A stretch of DNA of 63,893 nucleotides, filler included, from Salisapilia sapeloensis CBS 127946 (lineage: Eukaryota > Protista > Oomycota), in NCBI GenBank assembly GCA_023334545.1. It is 4 parts of 4 records of this genome, joined end to end, with 100 filler letters (N's around TTAATTAATTAA, not from the genome) between each part and the next. Parts side by side here need not be neighbours in the genome. Positions count along the whole stretch, not along the records: positions 17,278 to 46,250 come from JAADVB010000229.1; 3 more parts are not named here. The stretch is one strand, 5' to 3'. Under the pieces are notes generated by a model. That model made no database searches. It saw nothing but the letters and a program-made list of their open reading frames with translations, and was not told the origin of the DNA. Positions within the stretch are counted from its first letter, which is position 1; each line of letters begins with the position of its first letter. The position numbers and the translations under genes are program-made. Shown here piece after piece: positions 23,913-36,473 of the stretch.

Positions 23913-25442
23913 ATGCAACTGACTTTTGAAAATGGAGATCAAGCTCCTGTGGCTATCATTACAGGTGCTGCGAGAGGGTTGGGTCGTGCTTGGTCCATCG
24001 CTCTTGCTTCCAGAGGCGTGCGAGTGGTGGTGAATGACAATGACAAGGATCAGACGCTCCTCCAGTCTCTCGTACGCGAGATCGAAGGGAAGGGAGGTAG
24101 TGCCGTCGCCGACTTCCACAGCGTTGAGGATGGAGAGAAGACTGTTGAGGCTGCGTATAAACAGTTTCGTCGCATCGATATCCTTATTAATGTAGAGTCT
24201 ATGCAGGATACATGTACAGCGTGCTCTTCTGACCTTTCGAGGTACAATGGTATAGAATGCAACGGTCATCCGGGACGGATCCTTCCGAAAGATGACAAAG
24301 GAATCATGGTAGTCTCTTGTTATATCGACGTACAATCTATCCGGTATGAGCGAAACGATAGGGACCAAGTCTATCGATCCAGTCTCTATGGAGCTTTTGT
24401 CATTTCTCGAGCGGTGTGGCCGATCATGCGAGAGCAAAAGTACGGACGCATCCTCAACTGCGTCTCCGGTGCCGGGCTCTATGGAAACTTTGGACAAGTC
24501 AATTACGCAGCGGCGAAAATGGGTCTCGTCGGCTTCACGACTGCACTGAACCGTGAAGGTACCTCGACTACATCTGATTCTGTCGCAAGATAGTCATCTA
24601 GTTGGTAGGGATCAAGTACAACATCCATGTAAACGCCATCTCTCCCGTTGCCGGCACTCGACTGACCGAGTCGGTGATGCCCACCGACGTGTGCCAAGCG
24701 CTGAAACCAGAGCTGACGTCCCCCATCGTCGTCTACCTTTGCCATCCGTCTTGTCCAGCCAACGGCGAGCTCTTTGAAGTAGTCTTCTCCTTGCATTCAT
24801 ACAGTAGGAAGATCGTGACGTATGGAGATAGATGGGTGGAGGATGGGTTGGGAAGCTACGAGTGCAGCGAACGCAAGGCGTCCGGTTCCCATCGAACTTC
24901 ACACCGGAAGTTGTGGCAGAGCACTGGCAAGACATTGTCGACTTTGGTCGCGTTACGCATCCGACGACGACGCAAGAATCTTTTGAACCGATCATGCGCA
25001 ACATAGCATCACCTCCATCCGTCGTCTCGACCTCCTCCTCGAGGCAGTGCGACGCAGTGTTCACCAAGCTGAGGCAGACGCTGCAGACGGAGCGAAAGCA
25101 GTGGGCTCGACAGATCAATGGCGTGATGGAGTGGCATGTGAGCAAAGAAGTGTGGACCATTGCTCTCCTGAAAGGCCAGGCGACTGTCGTGAAAGGCAAG
25201 GACGATCGGTACCCACCCGAGCTTCGTATCTACATTGATGAGCAAGATTTCTTGGATCTTGCGTCTGGCAAGATTCGACTGCAACAGGTACGTTCGATCG
25301 AATGAGATGCTCGATAGGACCTAACGTTCTTTTGCTCTAGGCCATGTGGGCGAAGAAGTTGCGTTTGGAAGGCAACTTGAAACTTGCGATGAAGCTCCAG
25401 CCGTTTGCTGATCTGCTGCAGAGCCCTCGCGCCAGATTGTAG
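23913..25442 (+). CDS. Peroxisomal D-3-hydroxyacyl-CoA dehydrogenase (SDR) fused to SCP2; MFE-2/HSD17B4-like without the hydratase domain; multi-exon
   Basis: TGAARGLG, VVVNDN, LYGNFGQVNYAAAKMG, NAISPVAGTRLTE, GGGWVGKLR; SCP2 domain WTIALLKG...IDEQDFLDLASG...LEGNLKLAMKL; ends in ARL* (PTS1). Confidence 0.85.
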
Positions 25443-27021
25443 TTGCAGAGACGTCAGTTGGGAAACATGAAACACGCAATCGGAAGATACTTTTACGTCT
25501 TTCTGCTACTGCTTTCGATCTCTTTCGTAGACTTGTGCTTTCGTGCTATATGATGAGTTACGAGGCAAGCGGGTCATCTGATCAATTGTAGATGTGGCTC
25601 CGATGACGCTAGTCGATGGCTGCTGATGCGTCCAGAGGGCTGACTCCGAGGCTGGTTGTCCCCACGATAGAAACGTCAGTGAACGGAAGGTTCGAAACAG
25701 ATCTGTTTAGACTTCACTTCGAATGTATAGACCAAGGCGGCGGTGAAGATCGATGGGAAGTGGAATGCATATCAGCGAAGAAATGAACTATCCGCACTTT
25801 GTTAACATGTATTAATAGAGAGTGTGGTAGCAACATGGATAGATTGACAATGGCACGTGAACGAGTATCGAGGGAAGACGATACAGAGGTCGAGGATGAC
25901 ACACATACACGATAGCACTACAGAAGAGTTTACATACAAATAGAGTCGACCAGAAATGATTTTTGAAGTAGCACAACCCCTATCATTCCCGTCAAGAGCT
26001 GCTCGCATCTCTGTAATTTGCTTCCTCGTCTTCAATGGTGACAGAGACGATGGGGCATAGTAGACGCCTGTGAAAAGCCTCCAGCAGGAGGTCAGACAGA
26101 AATTTAGCTGGCCAGGCCATACCAATGCTCGTTCGGTTGCCAACGTGAACGCATCCAGATGTCTACAGCTGATAGGATTCACTCGGTGCATCATGGCGTC
26201 TCAGCCTTTCTACAAACTCCACCACTATGGAGCTCCTGCATATCCATCGGGTTCTGAAACCCTTGATGGATACGTGATGTCACTAAGATGGTGAATAAGA
26301 TGTGATATTACGACAGGTCTCAGCGCAGCAGCGAATTAACGACCCTATGCAGATGTATGTACTTGACAAACACCGTGACAGATGGCCTCTGGACCGAACT
26401 TATTCAGTTCATTCTGCCCCTGCGCTACCATCCTCCGGATTTTCACACGCCAACTTACCATTCGTAACCAACCGAATAGCTTCCCGACTCATTCTGACTG
26501 TACACAAAGCCAGCTAACTCTTCGTACGACGAAGGTTGTGTGAACAGGTAATACTCGCCAAGGTGATTACTAGCGTGCAATAAGTCTACACATCATCAAA
26601 AGGTGCTGCCTGTGCAAGACCTGGACGACCACATGTGCGCTCCCAGTCGGCTTGCTGCTATCGCGCTTTGAAATACGCACGTAAGCTCTTACTCACTTCT
26701 AAATTGGCCGTTTCGGAGACACATCAACTTTTTCGACATCGATCATCGACTTTGCCGGATACACAAATACTTCTCGCCATTCCCTTGTAGCCGTTACAGG
26801 TGTTGCTTTCGCCACTGACCACCTGACGTAAAATTCTCTGGTGAACCATACCCATTACATTTGATTTCATGCTGGGCAATCGGCTCCCACCAAAATCCTA
26901 CCCAATATCGTCTTCGACTACCCCTGTCAAGCTACCACCACAGCAAAGTCTAGACGAACCATCGAAAACGCTTCAACAAGCTTTTCCGTCTACCATACGT
27001 CTGTGTGAACCTCAACGTGTC

Positions 27022-28371
27022 ATGGCGGACGAAATGGAAGGGTCACAAGGGACTTCGAGTTTACCAAAGTTTACCGAGTTACTGCGTCACCAGCGTCAGA
27101 ACGCAACTTCCTACTATATGGAAATACCTGCGTCAGCTCAATATGCACAATCGATCCCACCGTTGTCACAAGTACAACCAGAGGCGGAGCGATCACGCCC
27201 GTACCCAATGGATTGGCAAAGTGAACCTCAGCAACCTTCCTTCGCCTCTGACACTCCGATGGAAACGACTTCACCTTCTGCAATGGCTCGTTTAACAAAG
27301 CGAAAAGCAGATCGAGGTTCAACCTATGCAACTGACTCTCCCCATGACTCGACCGGGAGCAATCGTCAGCGAGCATCGAGGTACTTGAGCGACGACGATC
27401 GAGTGGACATCATCACTCGAATCAATGATGGAGAGAAACAAGTGAAGCTTGCGAAGGAGTACAACGTCAGCCGAGCTGCGATCTGCAACTTGTACAAGAT
27501 CCGAGATGCCGTCATGGCCAGGACAAGGAACGTGCAGACGAAAAAGCAGCGATTTGAGACACCATCAGCGAATGTATCGTCAATGAACGATTCAGACAGG
27601 TCCGCGGAGAATATCCACACGAACGATACTAGCGGCATGCAGACTGCTTTCTATACGAATACTACTGAAACTACCCCTCAAGCATACTCTGGAAGCCAGT
27701 CCTCACCCCCGATGGTCATGGAAATTTCGAAAGAGATCAAGGCACTACGAAACCTTCTTCCTGTTCTACGTGATGCCTGTACTCCCGTCGATACATACCA
27801 TCGGACAGCCGATCGAGTCGTTCGAATCCTACTTGAGAGCGTAATTGCTACCCTACCGTCTCGAGAACTGGAGCTAAAGACACCAGCAGGCGACGATCTA
27901 AGATGCGAGACTTCCTTTGCTGACCAAATGATCTGTGCTTTGACGATGGAGGAAGCCAATGCCAGTATTATACTTCCTCTCTTTGCTTCTCTACTACCTT
28001 CTGCACCCACAGGATCGATCATTCTTGCTCCACACCATCAAGGAGGTACGAACATCCACGCACAACATCCACCTCTATTACCATCCCAAGCAGTCTTTTT
28101 GCTCGACTCGAGCTGTGCAACAGGCAGAAGAGCATGTGCTGCACTCGACTACCTCGTACACGGGTGTTCTGTGGCAGCTAGTCGCATTTATTACATCACC
28201 ATCATTTCGAGCGAACAAGGACTTCAGCGCGTTTATCAAGCCCATCCAGACGTGAACTTGGTAACGGTGCAAATGGATGCTCGAGTCGATGAGCAGAACC
28301 AAATCCGACCAGGAATTGGCTACTTTGCTGAGCGGTATTTTGGACTAGGGTCGGGCGCAAGGCTAGTCTAG
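27022..28371 (+). CDS. HTH (CENP-B N-terminal/Psq-type) + degenerate UPRTase-like fusion protein, copy 1
   Basis: HTH RYLSDDDRVDIITRINDGEKQVKLAKEYNVSRAAICNLYK. PRT fold LRD...ADRVVRILLE...TPAG...VFLLDSSCATG...HPDVNLVT...IRPGIGYFAERYFG aligns with yeast Fur1-type UPRTase. Confidence 0.8.
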   Translation: MADEMEGSQGTSSLPKFTELLRHQRQNATSYYMEIPASAQYAQSIPPLSQVQPEAERSRPYPMDWQSEPQQPSFASDTPMETTSPSAMARLTKRKADRGSTYATDSPHDSTGSNRQRASRYLSDDDRVDIITRINDGEKQVKLAKEYNVSRAAICNLYKIRDAVMARTRNVQTKKQRFETPSANVSSMNDSDRSAENIHTNDTSGMQTAFYTNTTETTPQAYSGSQSSPPMVMEISKEIKALRNLLPVLRDACTPVDTYHRTADRVVRILLESVIATLPSRELELKTPAGDDLRCETSFADQMICALTMEEANASIILPLFASLLPSAPTGSIILAPHHQGGTNIHAQHPPLLPSQAVFLLDSSCATGRRACAALDYLVHGCSVAASRIYYITIISSEQGLQRVYQAHPDVNLVTVQMDARVDEQNQIRPGIGYFAERYFGLGSGARLV

Positions 28372-30498
28372 TCATAGAGTGGTAGACGTTTGAGTATATA
28401 CATAAAAGTCAAACTTGTCGACGTGAAATCGTGTTTTACATCGACAAATGTAAGCTTTGGTCATTGCTTTCGTAGAACTCATATGGTCTCTAGTTCTTAG
28501 CAAGTATTATTAATTGCCTCGATGGTCATGAAGCAGTTGAAGAGAGTTGGGTGAAGAGTAAAGAGATACCTAATGGACAGCAGAGCTTTTAAAATGCAGA
28601 AGCGACAGAATAGTACCTTTTACGAATCATATTAGATGCTTTTCAATACTGTTGATACGGACGGTCATGGCATTCGCATGAAATGTGCTATGGAAGGTTT
28701 CCAATTGTGTTGCGTAGGTTACTGAGCCATTGCCAATTGTGTATCAATGACATCGGATGCTATAAACCAATAGCTAGTTGTGATAGAGATATCAACATGG
28801 GAATATCCATGGCAATGTACTAAGAAACATAATCATTTCGCATATCAGAAGCATGAAGGAAATTAGAATCGAGATGCTATTCTCCTAGACAGTGTCGTGG
28901 CGAGATGGATAGTTCGTACGATCTACAGCTCTTTTCGTTCTTTTATGATCGCAGAATCCTTAAAGAGGAAATAGTCAAGGAATCAACTATATAGGTCGTA
29001 ATTCTGCTCTAGACCTCAAACTCAATACTGCTAGCAACTTTTTATCGCTTGAAAGTAGAGCTGATACTAGTACTCATCTATTTCTTGGTTTATTTTCTAC
29101 ATTGATTCAATCTAGATTATCATCATCACTGGAAGCAGACATAGAAGTTTGGAGTTGTCCAGGGGCAATATAATTCTCGCCTTTGTCGCAAAGGAAAGAG
29201 AGCTTATGCAGCACTTCTTTACAACGATTAATACTCAGTAGCCAGGTCTGAAGCTCGGCGGTCGTACTGGTAGCAAGGCAAAATTGAGTATATCACATAG
29301 CGTTGAAGAGATAGATATGCTTCTACTATAATGAAGATGCCAAAGTAGAAGAAATATCATATTCGTAGGATAAAAATCGCTTGTAAGGTCGATAGATCGA
29401 CGTCAAGCGTATTGCGAAGAATGCGAGCAGCAACATCGTTGATATATACATTCATGGCAATCACGCTAGCACAAAAGGCATATCTGACAGTGATGTTTAT
29501 AGCAGCAAATACCCAAACATTTAATGCATGGAGTTCAACGTGTTGGATTAAGACTATAAATGGAAACCTCTCATCAATGCCGTAAAATGGTCGGATTTTT
29601 AGCACCTACAGCGCTAATGACTATCCATATATCCACATCGAAGCCCCTTATTAACTTCACATGGCATGGAAAGATAGCAGTAGAGACCTTAGGCACTGTT
29701 CGGGCAACGCATTCTTCATCTCTTGAAGCCATGAAACCGGGAAGCTGAGAGATTTCCTAGCGGAAAAGATACTCATGCAAACATGCGAACACGATACTTG
29801 AGCAGAGAGCCGATCTAAGGCATATGGATGCAATCAGCTCCTCGGTGCTCTTGGGACGCTCCTCCTCGATTTGGGACTACCGTAGGATGAGCGGTTATCT
29901 TTAGGAATTGAAAGATCGCTGTGTTTCATTGTGAAAGACATGGTTCTTCAACGCCAAGTGTTCTTATAGAGTACGCATGAAAGTCCATGCAAGACGATGC
30001 CAAAGCTGCGCGACATCGCCTACAGGATCGACAAGAACGAGGGTCTAGATCATACTAAAGTTGATTGGAATGCGTCGACGATATTATAGAACTAGACCTA
30101 GCATCCTGTCGAACAAGTTTATATGATCGAAGGCGTACAATGCTACTCCTGAAAGTACATGCTCATAAAAGCCTTCAAATGCATAAGTACCGTATCATAG
30201 ATGTATCAACTCCTTCCTACTCCTTATCCTTCACAGTCTGGAAACTTCACACATTTTGTCATTATAATGGCTAACATGTCAACCACAACAGCTACTTGAG
30301 TACCCTCTCCACTCCATTCTACTCCACTCCACTCCTTCCTTCTCATAGACATCAATTCCCGGCCTTCAAGCTAGAAACACACCCACATTCCCTGCCGTAC
30401 CCATGTCGTAAGCTACCGAAATAAATACCAACCAAAAGATAAATTACGTTAATAAATTACGCCATACGAGCCAATCCTTCCACTAGCACCAAGTCACG

Positions 30499-31925
30499 AT
30501 GGCGGACGAGACCCCGATGACAACGGCTGAGCCGAATGCCAAGTATGACCTGACCAACACGTTGGCTCCATTCATGGACCTCCACTTCATGTTCCCACTC
30601 ATCGACTTCCTCTCGAGCAATGAATTGTATGACGAAGCACAGCTGATGGCTGCCAAGCTCTCGCTCCTCAAGCCGACCAACATGGCCGATTTTGCGGTCG
30701 AGATCTACCAGACGCTGCATAACACGACTGAAGCTCCTGCAGAGTTCGAGCAACGTCGTGGCGCGATTCTCGATGCACTCAGCCATGCCAAGAACGAGTG
30801 CCGACCGATGCTCGAGCTCATTGAGAACGAAGAGAAGATTGTCCAATTGCAGAACGATAACCAGCTCAATGGCCAGTACCTTGAGCAGCACGAAGGGGTA
30901 CATACGTCTCTATCGATTCTTACAACTAGTAGTCGCTTACATGTACATACTAGATTACACCGGCAGTTCTCGACGGACTGTACAAGTACGCCAAGCTCCA
31001 GTACGAGTGTGGCAACTACGAAGACTGCCTTACGTACCTCACGTACTATGGCGTGCTCATCCCGAACTCGTCGCAGCAATACTTGAACGCCTTGTGGGGA
31101 AAACTCGCGGCCGAGATCCTCATCTTCCGATGGGAAGACGCGTCCGCCGACATCTCGCGTATCAACGACGTCATTGACAACAACGTACATGCTCCTGCTT
31201 TTCCATGATAAAGATCGAAACTAATCTTAGACGTATAGAACATGATGACACCAGTGGAGCAGCTCCAGCAACGCACGTGGCTCTTGCACTGGTCGCTCTT
31301 CGTCTTCGCCTGGCACGAAGAAGGCCGAGACGCGGTCGTCGACTTTATGCTTCAGCCGCGTTGCGTCGAAGCCATCCAGAGCAACGCGCCGTGGCTACTT
31401 CGTTACCTGTGCGCCGGCGTCATCCTTCACAAGCGTCGTCGCGCGCTTACGAAAGACTTGCTCCGCATCCTCCGAGCGGACAAGGACAGCTATCAGGACC
31501 CTGTGCTAGACTTTGTTGATTGCCTCTTCGTTTCGTTTGACTTTGAGACTGCTCGTGAGAAGCTGCGCGAGTGTGAAGTCGTGCTCGTGAGTGACTTTTT
31601 CCTGTACGAGAAGAACATGGGGGAGTTTATGGAAGCTGCGCGACTTGCGATCTTTGAGCTCTACTGCCGCGTCCACACGACGGTCGACATGAAGCAGCTC
31701 GCCGACAAGCTTGCGATGCAGAACGAGCAGGCGACAGAACAGTGGGTCGTGAACATGATTCGACAGACCAAGCTGGACGCCAAGATTGACTCGCAAGAAG
31801 GACGTATCGTCATGGGCGCGCCGCACAACTCTGTCCATAGTGAAGTGATCGACAAGACGAGGGACTTGGCCGCCCGGACGTACAGTATGATGACGCAGCT
31901 CGACCGTTTGGGTAAACGCAAGTAA
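30499..31925 (+). CDS. EIF3E: Translation initiation factor 3 subunit E (eIF3e/INT6), 3 exons
   Basis: KYDLTNTLAPFMDLHFMFPLIDFL, KLSLLKPTNMADF, LQQRTWLLHWSLFVF, YQDPVLDF...SFDFETAREKL, PCI tail WVVNMIRQTKLDAKIDSQEG. Confidence 0.95.
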
Positions 31926-33518
31926 GTAGAGACCTAGTCAAGAAGCGAGCATGAATAAAACGAGGACATGGTCCATTTTGTTTGGTCAGCGTTGGGGTCG
32001 CGTCTTTTGTAGCAGGGTGGGAGAGTGGACACGTGACTTTGTTCGTGTGTTCTTTACAAGAAGTGTATCTTGCTGTTGATAGACGTAAAGAGCAGTAGCG
32101 TCTCGTTTAAAGTCTTCGATGTCAGAGTGATTGGTTTCCATGACAAACGTGCCGATTGCCGTGATGTGCTATCTGCAACAACCGTGGAGGTGAACATCGA
32201 AAGCTACTATGAAAGATCGACCAATGGGAATAGCTGCGTATGACTTAAATACACAGATTTTGCCTCTATAAACAGCTTGATATCCATGAGATGGATGATT
32301 CTTATCACGTAGAAACATAGACGCAGTACACGTTTAAAAAAAGTCATGTAATTTCTTGAAAAATCAGGATGCATCAGACTCGATTGATACAACATCGACA
32401 TACTCGATGGAATCTTTGCGGTTTATAAAGGGCACAAAGGATATGAGGAGAGAGTATGTCGACTAAATCGATAAAGAGTGTGGTCGTGGATGCAAGCGAT
32501 AAGGTTGAGCAACGGAGCTCTAAGTACTGACAAAATTGCATTTGCAACATACAACGAGCTATTGTAACTGCACTTACTGCTTTCGTAGGCTGATTCTCTA
32601 CGTGTGCATGCTATTCGCACTCGTGGTGATTAGATTTGCTCTAGTCATTCGAAAGAGAGTATTTATTTCACTTTTCGTTTCCTAATTCTTTCCCTCGTCC
32701 ATGTGTTTGTCTTACTATCGTGCAATCCAGCAGCATTTTAAGGGCAGATAGACGACCAGTAGCCCATCACCTCAAAGTTTCCAGATTTCTTCGTTTCTTT
32801 ACACCCACACGGGCTACAGATCGAATATTCTAGGACAAAGTTTCTGCAACTTGCTCTATGAAACATGACGGCGAAAGTGATCAGTCGAAACGTTCGGTAG
32901 TGTCGCGGATACCCTCCTTTTCACCTTTGGAGATATGCTAGCTTGGCTTATCAACAAGAAACCTGTACATGATAGAAATGACTAGCTCGATTGCCTCGCA
33001 TAGAAATGCTCCCATCAGCTCACTCGTATCACGCCATCCCGTTTTTGTTCGAAATGTCTCGAAAAGTATGTCCTGTTTAGAGGCAGAATAGTAAGACAGT
33101 ACATAATGATTTCGTGCTGTCAATCGAACAGCATGGCTTCCTGCTCTCGCACTTCCTTTTTTTAAATGAAAATAAAACCACTACTTCCAATCACTTGATG
33201 CTCTTTATAACCTCCGCTATCAACTAAATATCCTCTTTATTCAGCTCGACGCGTTGCTAATCTGACATATAGAAACAACTAGGAAACGAAAAGAACTTGG
33301 GTGTATAGAACACGCATCGTGTCGAACGACGGATCACAGGCACGACCAACCACCTGTACAAACCCAGGAGAACACAAAAGCGAACTGTTTCAAATCTCGC
33401 CATCGCACTGCCTTTTTCCTCGGCCTCGATCCACTCGCCTGCCATCGGCTTCGACCTACCTTCATACAAGCATCCAAAGCCTTCCAACGAAGCTACTCGA
33501 TTATTACTTTGCCATTTG

Positions 33519-34670
33519 ATGGGTACTACAAAAGTAGATACGAGCGCCGTGCACGACACGGCAACTGCAAGTCGCCGTGGACCTACCACTCGGTCCTCCC
33601 AGCAACTTCGTGCGGCCCGGTCCGCCGCGAGGAATGTCATTGTGGACTTGAACGCAGAAGACTGCTCGGTTCACTCGTCCAACCTCACACCACCTCCGAG
33701 CGAGGCATCTGCTCCTGCAACCATTGCCGACGACAACAGCAATCAGCGTTCGTCGAGATACCTTCGGGAGTCTGATCGGCGAAACATCATCTTGCGCATC
33801 CAGAATGGAGAGCGTCAGTCTGCACTCGCGAAGGAGTATGGCGTGACGCGTGCTGCGATCTGTCACATCAATAAGAAGCGTGTTGAAATCCTTTCGCGGT
33901 CCCATCGTGATGACGTATATGCAAATGCTCGGCACCCAAAGAGACGAATCTACATTACGCCAGAAGAGATGAAAGACCAACACATCTACCCAGTCGTGTC
34001 GGAAGTCAAATCTCCTGCGCTGAATTTGCTGCTGACGAAATTACGATCCAAGCACACATCCAGTGCCGAGTACCGACTTACCACCAACCGCCTCTTTCGT
34101 ATGCTATTGGAACAAGCGCTCGTGCTCGCACCCACAGATGCCGTGAATGTGTTGACACCAGCCGGGTGTGCGTGGAAAGGACTACAACCGCGGCATGCCA
34201 CTGTCGGCGTCGGGATCAATGAAGCTGGACTGCTGCTACTGGACGTCTTCCGAGCGGTCCAACCAGAGAGTACCGCTGGATCCATCACTATCAAGGAAAA
34301 GTCTGATCAGAATGGCATGCCAGCATCATTCGTTAAATGTGCCTGTGTCCCGCATAACCTCCAGCTTACCAGCATCTTCCTACTGGAAGCCACAACCGCC
34401 AACTCAGACAGCATCTGCACGACCATCCAGACGTTGCTGGACTTTGGTGCCACAGAGACGTCCATCTTCTTTGTGTGCCTCGTATCCAGCCACGCCAGTA
34501 TTTCGGCCATTTGCAACCGGTATCCTGCGGTGCGCATCGTCACGGCTTCCATCGACTCGGACTCGAGCGAGACTAAAGAGATTTCGCCTGGTATTGGCAT
34601 CTTCCTCGAGCGGTACTTGAACATGACGACAATGCATCAAAGTGACTTCGGACCGGCAGTCTGCATATAA
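33519..34670 (+). CDS. HTH (CENP-B N-terminal/Psq-type) + degenerate UPRTase-like fusion protein, copy 2
   Basis: HTH RYLRESDRRNIILRIQNGERQSALAKEYGVTRAAICHINK. PRT fold LLTKLR...RLFRMLLEQAL...TPAG...IFLLEATTANSDS...YPAVRIVTASID...ISPGIGIFLERY. Confidence 0.8.
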   Translation: MGTTKVDTSAVHDTATASRRGPTTRSSQQLRAARSAARNVIVDLNAEDCSVHSSNLTPPPSEASAPATIADDNSNQRSSRYLRESDRRNIILRIQNGERQSALAKEYGVTRAAICHINKKRVEILSRSHRDDVYANARHPKRRIYITPEEMKDQHIYPVVSEVKSPALNLLLTKLRSKHTSSAEYRLTTNRLFRMLLEQALVLAPTDAVNVLTPAGCAWKGLQPRHATVGVGINEAGLLLLDVFRAVQPESTAGSITIKEKSDQNGMPASFVKCACVPHNLQLTSIFLLEATTANSDSICTTIQTLLDFGATETSIFFVCLVSSHASISAICNRYPAVRIVTASIDSDSSETKEISPGIGIFLERYLNMTTMHQSDFGPAVCI

Positions 34671-36473
34671 GCGACAGAAGTAGCCATCGGGACCTTTGAT
34701 TTGCTTCATGAGATACGAGAGTAGGACGAGAAACTATAGTGGGTATTGCTTATGTGGTCGTAAATGAATATAAACAGACTTCTTGTGCATGTCACTTGTT
34801 AATCAAAAATGATGCTGCAGGATAGATAGAGTGTTGTCATGACGTCGTGAGTGGTCATGTAGGCGGGACGAGGATACGTATGAGCATGAATCTATGCTCG
34901 TAGAGTTTCTCGTACAGATACTATATAGCCATGCGGGGCATACTGGCGTGTGCATACCTTTCATAGCAATGCAAATGCTCACAAGGAGTACTGTCTAGTG
35001 ATTAGATTTAACGTTCCTCGTGCCAATGCGTGTAGGAGGTTCATGTATCAGCTCAATTAAGCGCTGCAATCCAGCTCGTCCATGTAGATAGACTACCCCA
35101 TCATGATACAAGTAATCTGCAAAGTTGCATCGTAGGAAAGATAGTGGCCTAAAAATATTAAAATGCTTGTACATTGTGTAAGCACTTTGTATCGACGCTG
35201 ATGTAGGACGTCAGTGGAGATACTACACGACGTCGAAACTTTACGCGGCTGGTGCATTCGCCGAAGATAACTCGTGAAGTTGGAGAAGTAGGTAATGAGG
35301 TCTGAATGAGCAATCTTTGCTGTACAAGAAGCAGGCTCAAGTCGTTTAGTGATGGATGGATATGATTTTCACCTCGACAACCTATCGTTGCTACGCCATT
35401 CTAGTGGGAATGACTGTTGCACATGATATTGTATATGTTGCCTGGTGTAATTCTCCCACGATATGCTTGCATTGGCATTCATGCTACGTGCTGTGGAAGG
35501 TTGGGAATGAGGTTTCGATAAATAGCAACAACATTTAGCTTTACTCATCTATAAATAGTAGTGAATTGATATGAAGCCACTGCAATCGTCTTTCGCCACC
35601 ACTGCTCTTCCTTTTGTCTTTGCTGAACCTCTGGAGGCGATGTACATTTGCAAGCTATAAGCTAGACTGCAAATTAATCTACAAGGACCTGGTTTCTAGT
35701 AACGCATGGGAGTGATAGTCTTCGAAATCTCATCCTTTATGCAAGCCTTGAAGCCCGCGTCAAGAACCTCTACCTTCCAGAAGGGTCGGGTTCAGCTAAT
35801 GTACGCCGATAGAATTTTTCGCTTCAATTTCGAGCAGATCAGGCAGGAGGTAGCCATAGAATTTACTTGATGCCATCTGCAGAAGATCATGATGCAAAAA
35901 ATCCTGGTGTTCATTTCGGTGCACAGTATGATAGATGCTAACAAGAATTCTTTTGTGCAGGACAGATAATGCTTCGGTTTCCTAGCTTTATAAGGCACCA
36001 AGTCGGAAGTTTATCCGTGTACCTCATTCTAAGGTTGCCCCAGTAGCTCGAACGAAAACATCTTTCGTCCACTAGCGCAACATGCATTCCATTCAAACTA
36101 AATCGTAAAATTGAACCTACAGGATGGGAAAACACCGCAGACAACACTTTATCATCGACCATCTCGATAGATGCAAACGCAAGGCGATATGTTGACAAGG
36201 CATTAACCAACTCTACTTTCATCTCCATAACCGTGTTTAAATCAATTCGACATTGTTTCTTTTTGCATAAATCCTTCTACTCGAGCACTCGTTTTATGGG
36301 TACCGTTTATCTTCAAAGAATTCCTTTACGCATACCCAAGTCTCTCTCACGAGCAATTGATGCGTGAGACAAAGACACCAGGCTATGCTTTTAGTAAGTG
36401 CAAAATTCAGCCAGCAAATTCATGTAGTGTGCACGTCACTATCACTCTTTCCCACACCACACAAGCCAAAAGG

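Noticed and set aside
29107-29929. Possible PH-domain gene on the minus strand (TTAELQTWLLSINRCK resembles the PH terminal helix)
   Set aside because: Could not build a phase-consistent splice model; the match rests on one helix.
27022-34670. Annotating the two genes as ordinary UPRTases or as pogo/Tigger transposases
   Set aside because: UPRT catalytic motifs are degraded; there is no DDE domain and I saw no TIRs.
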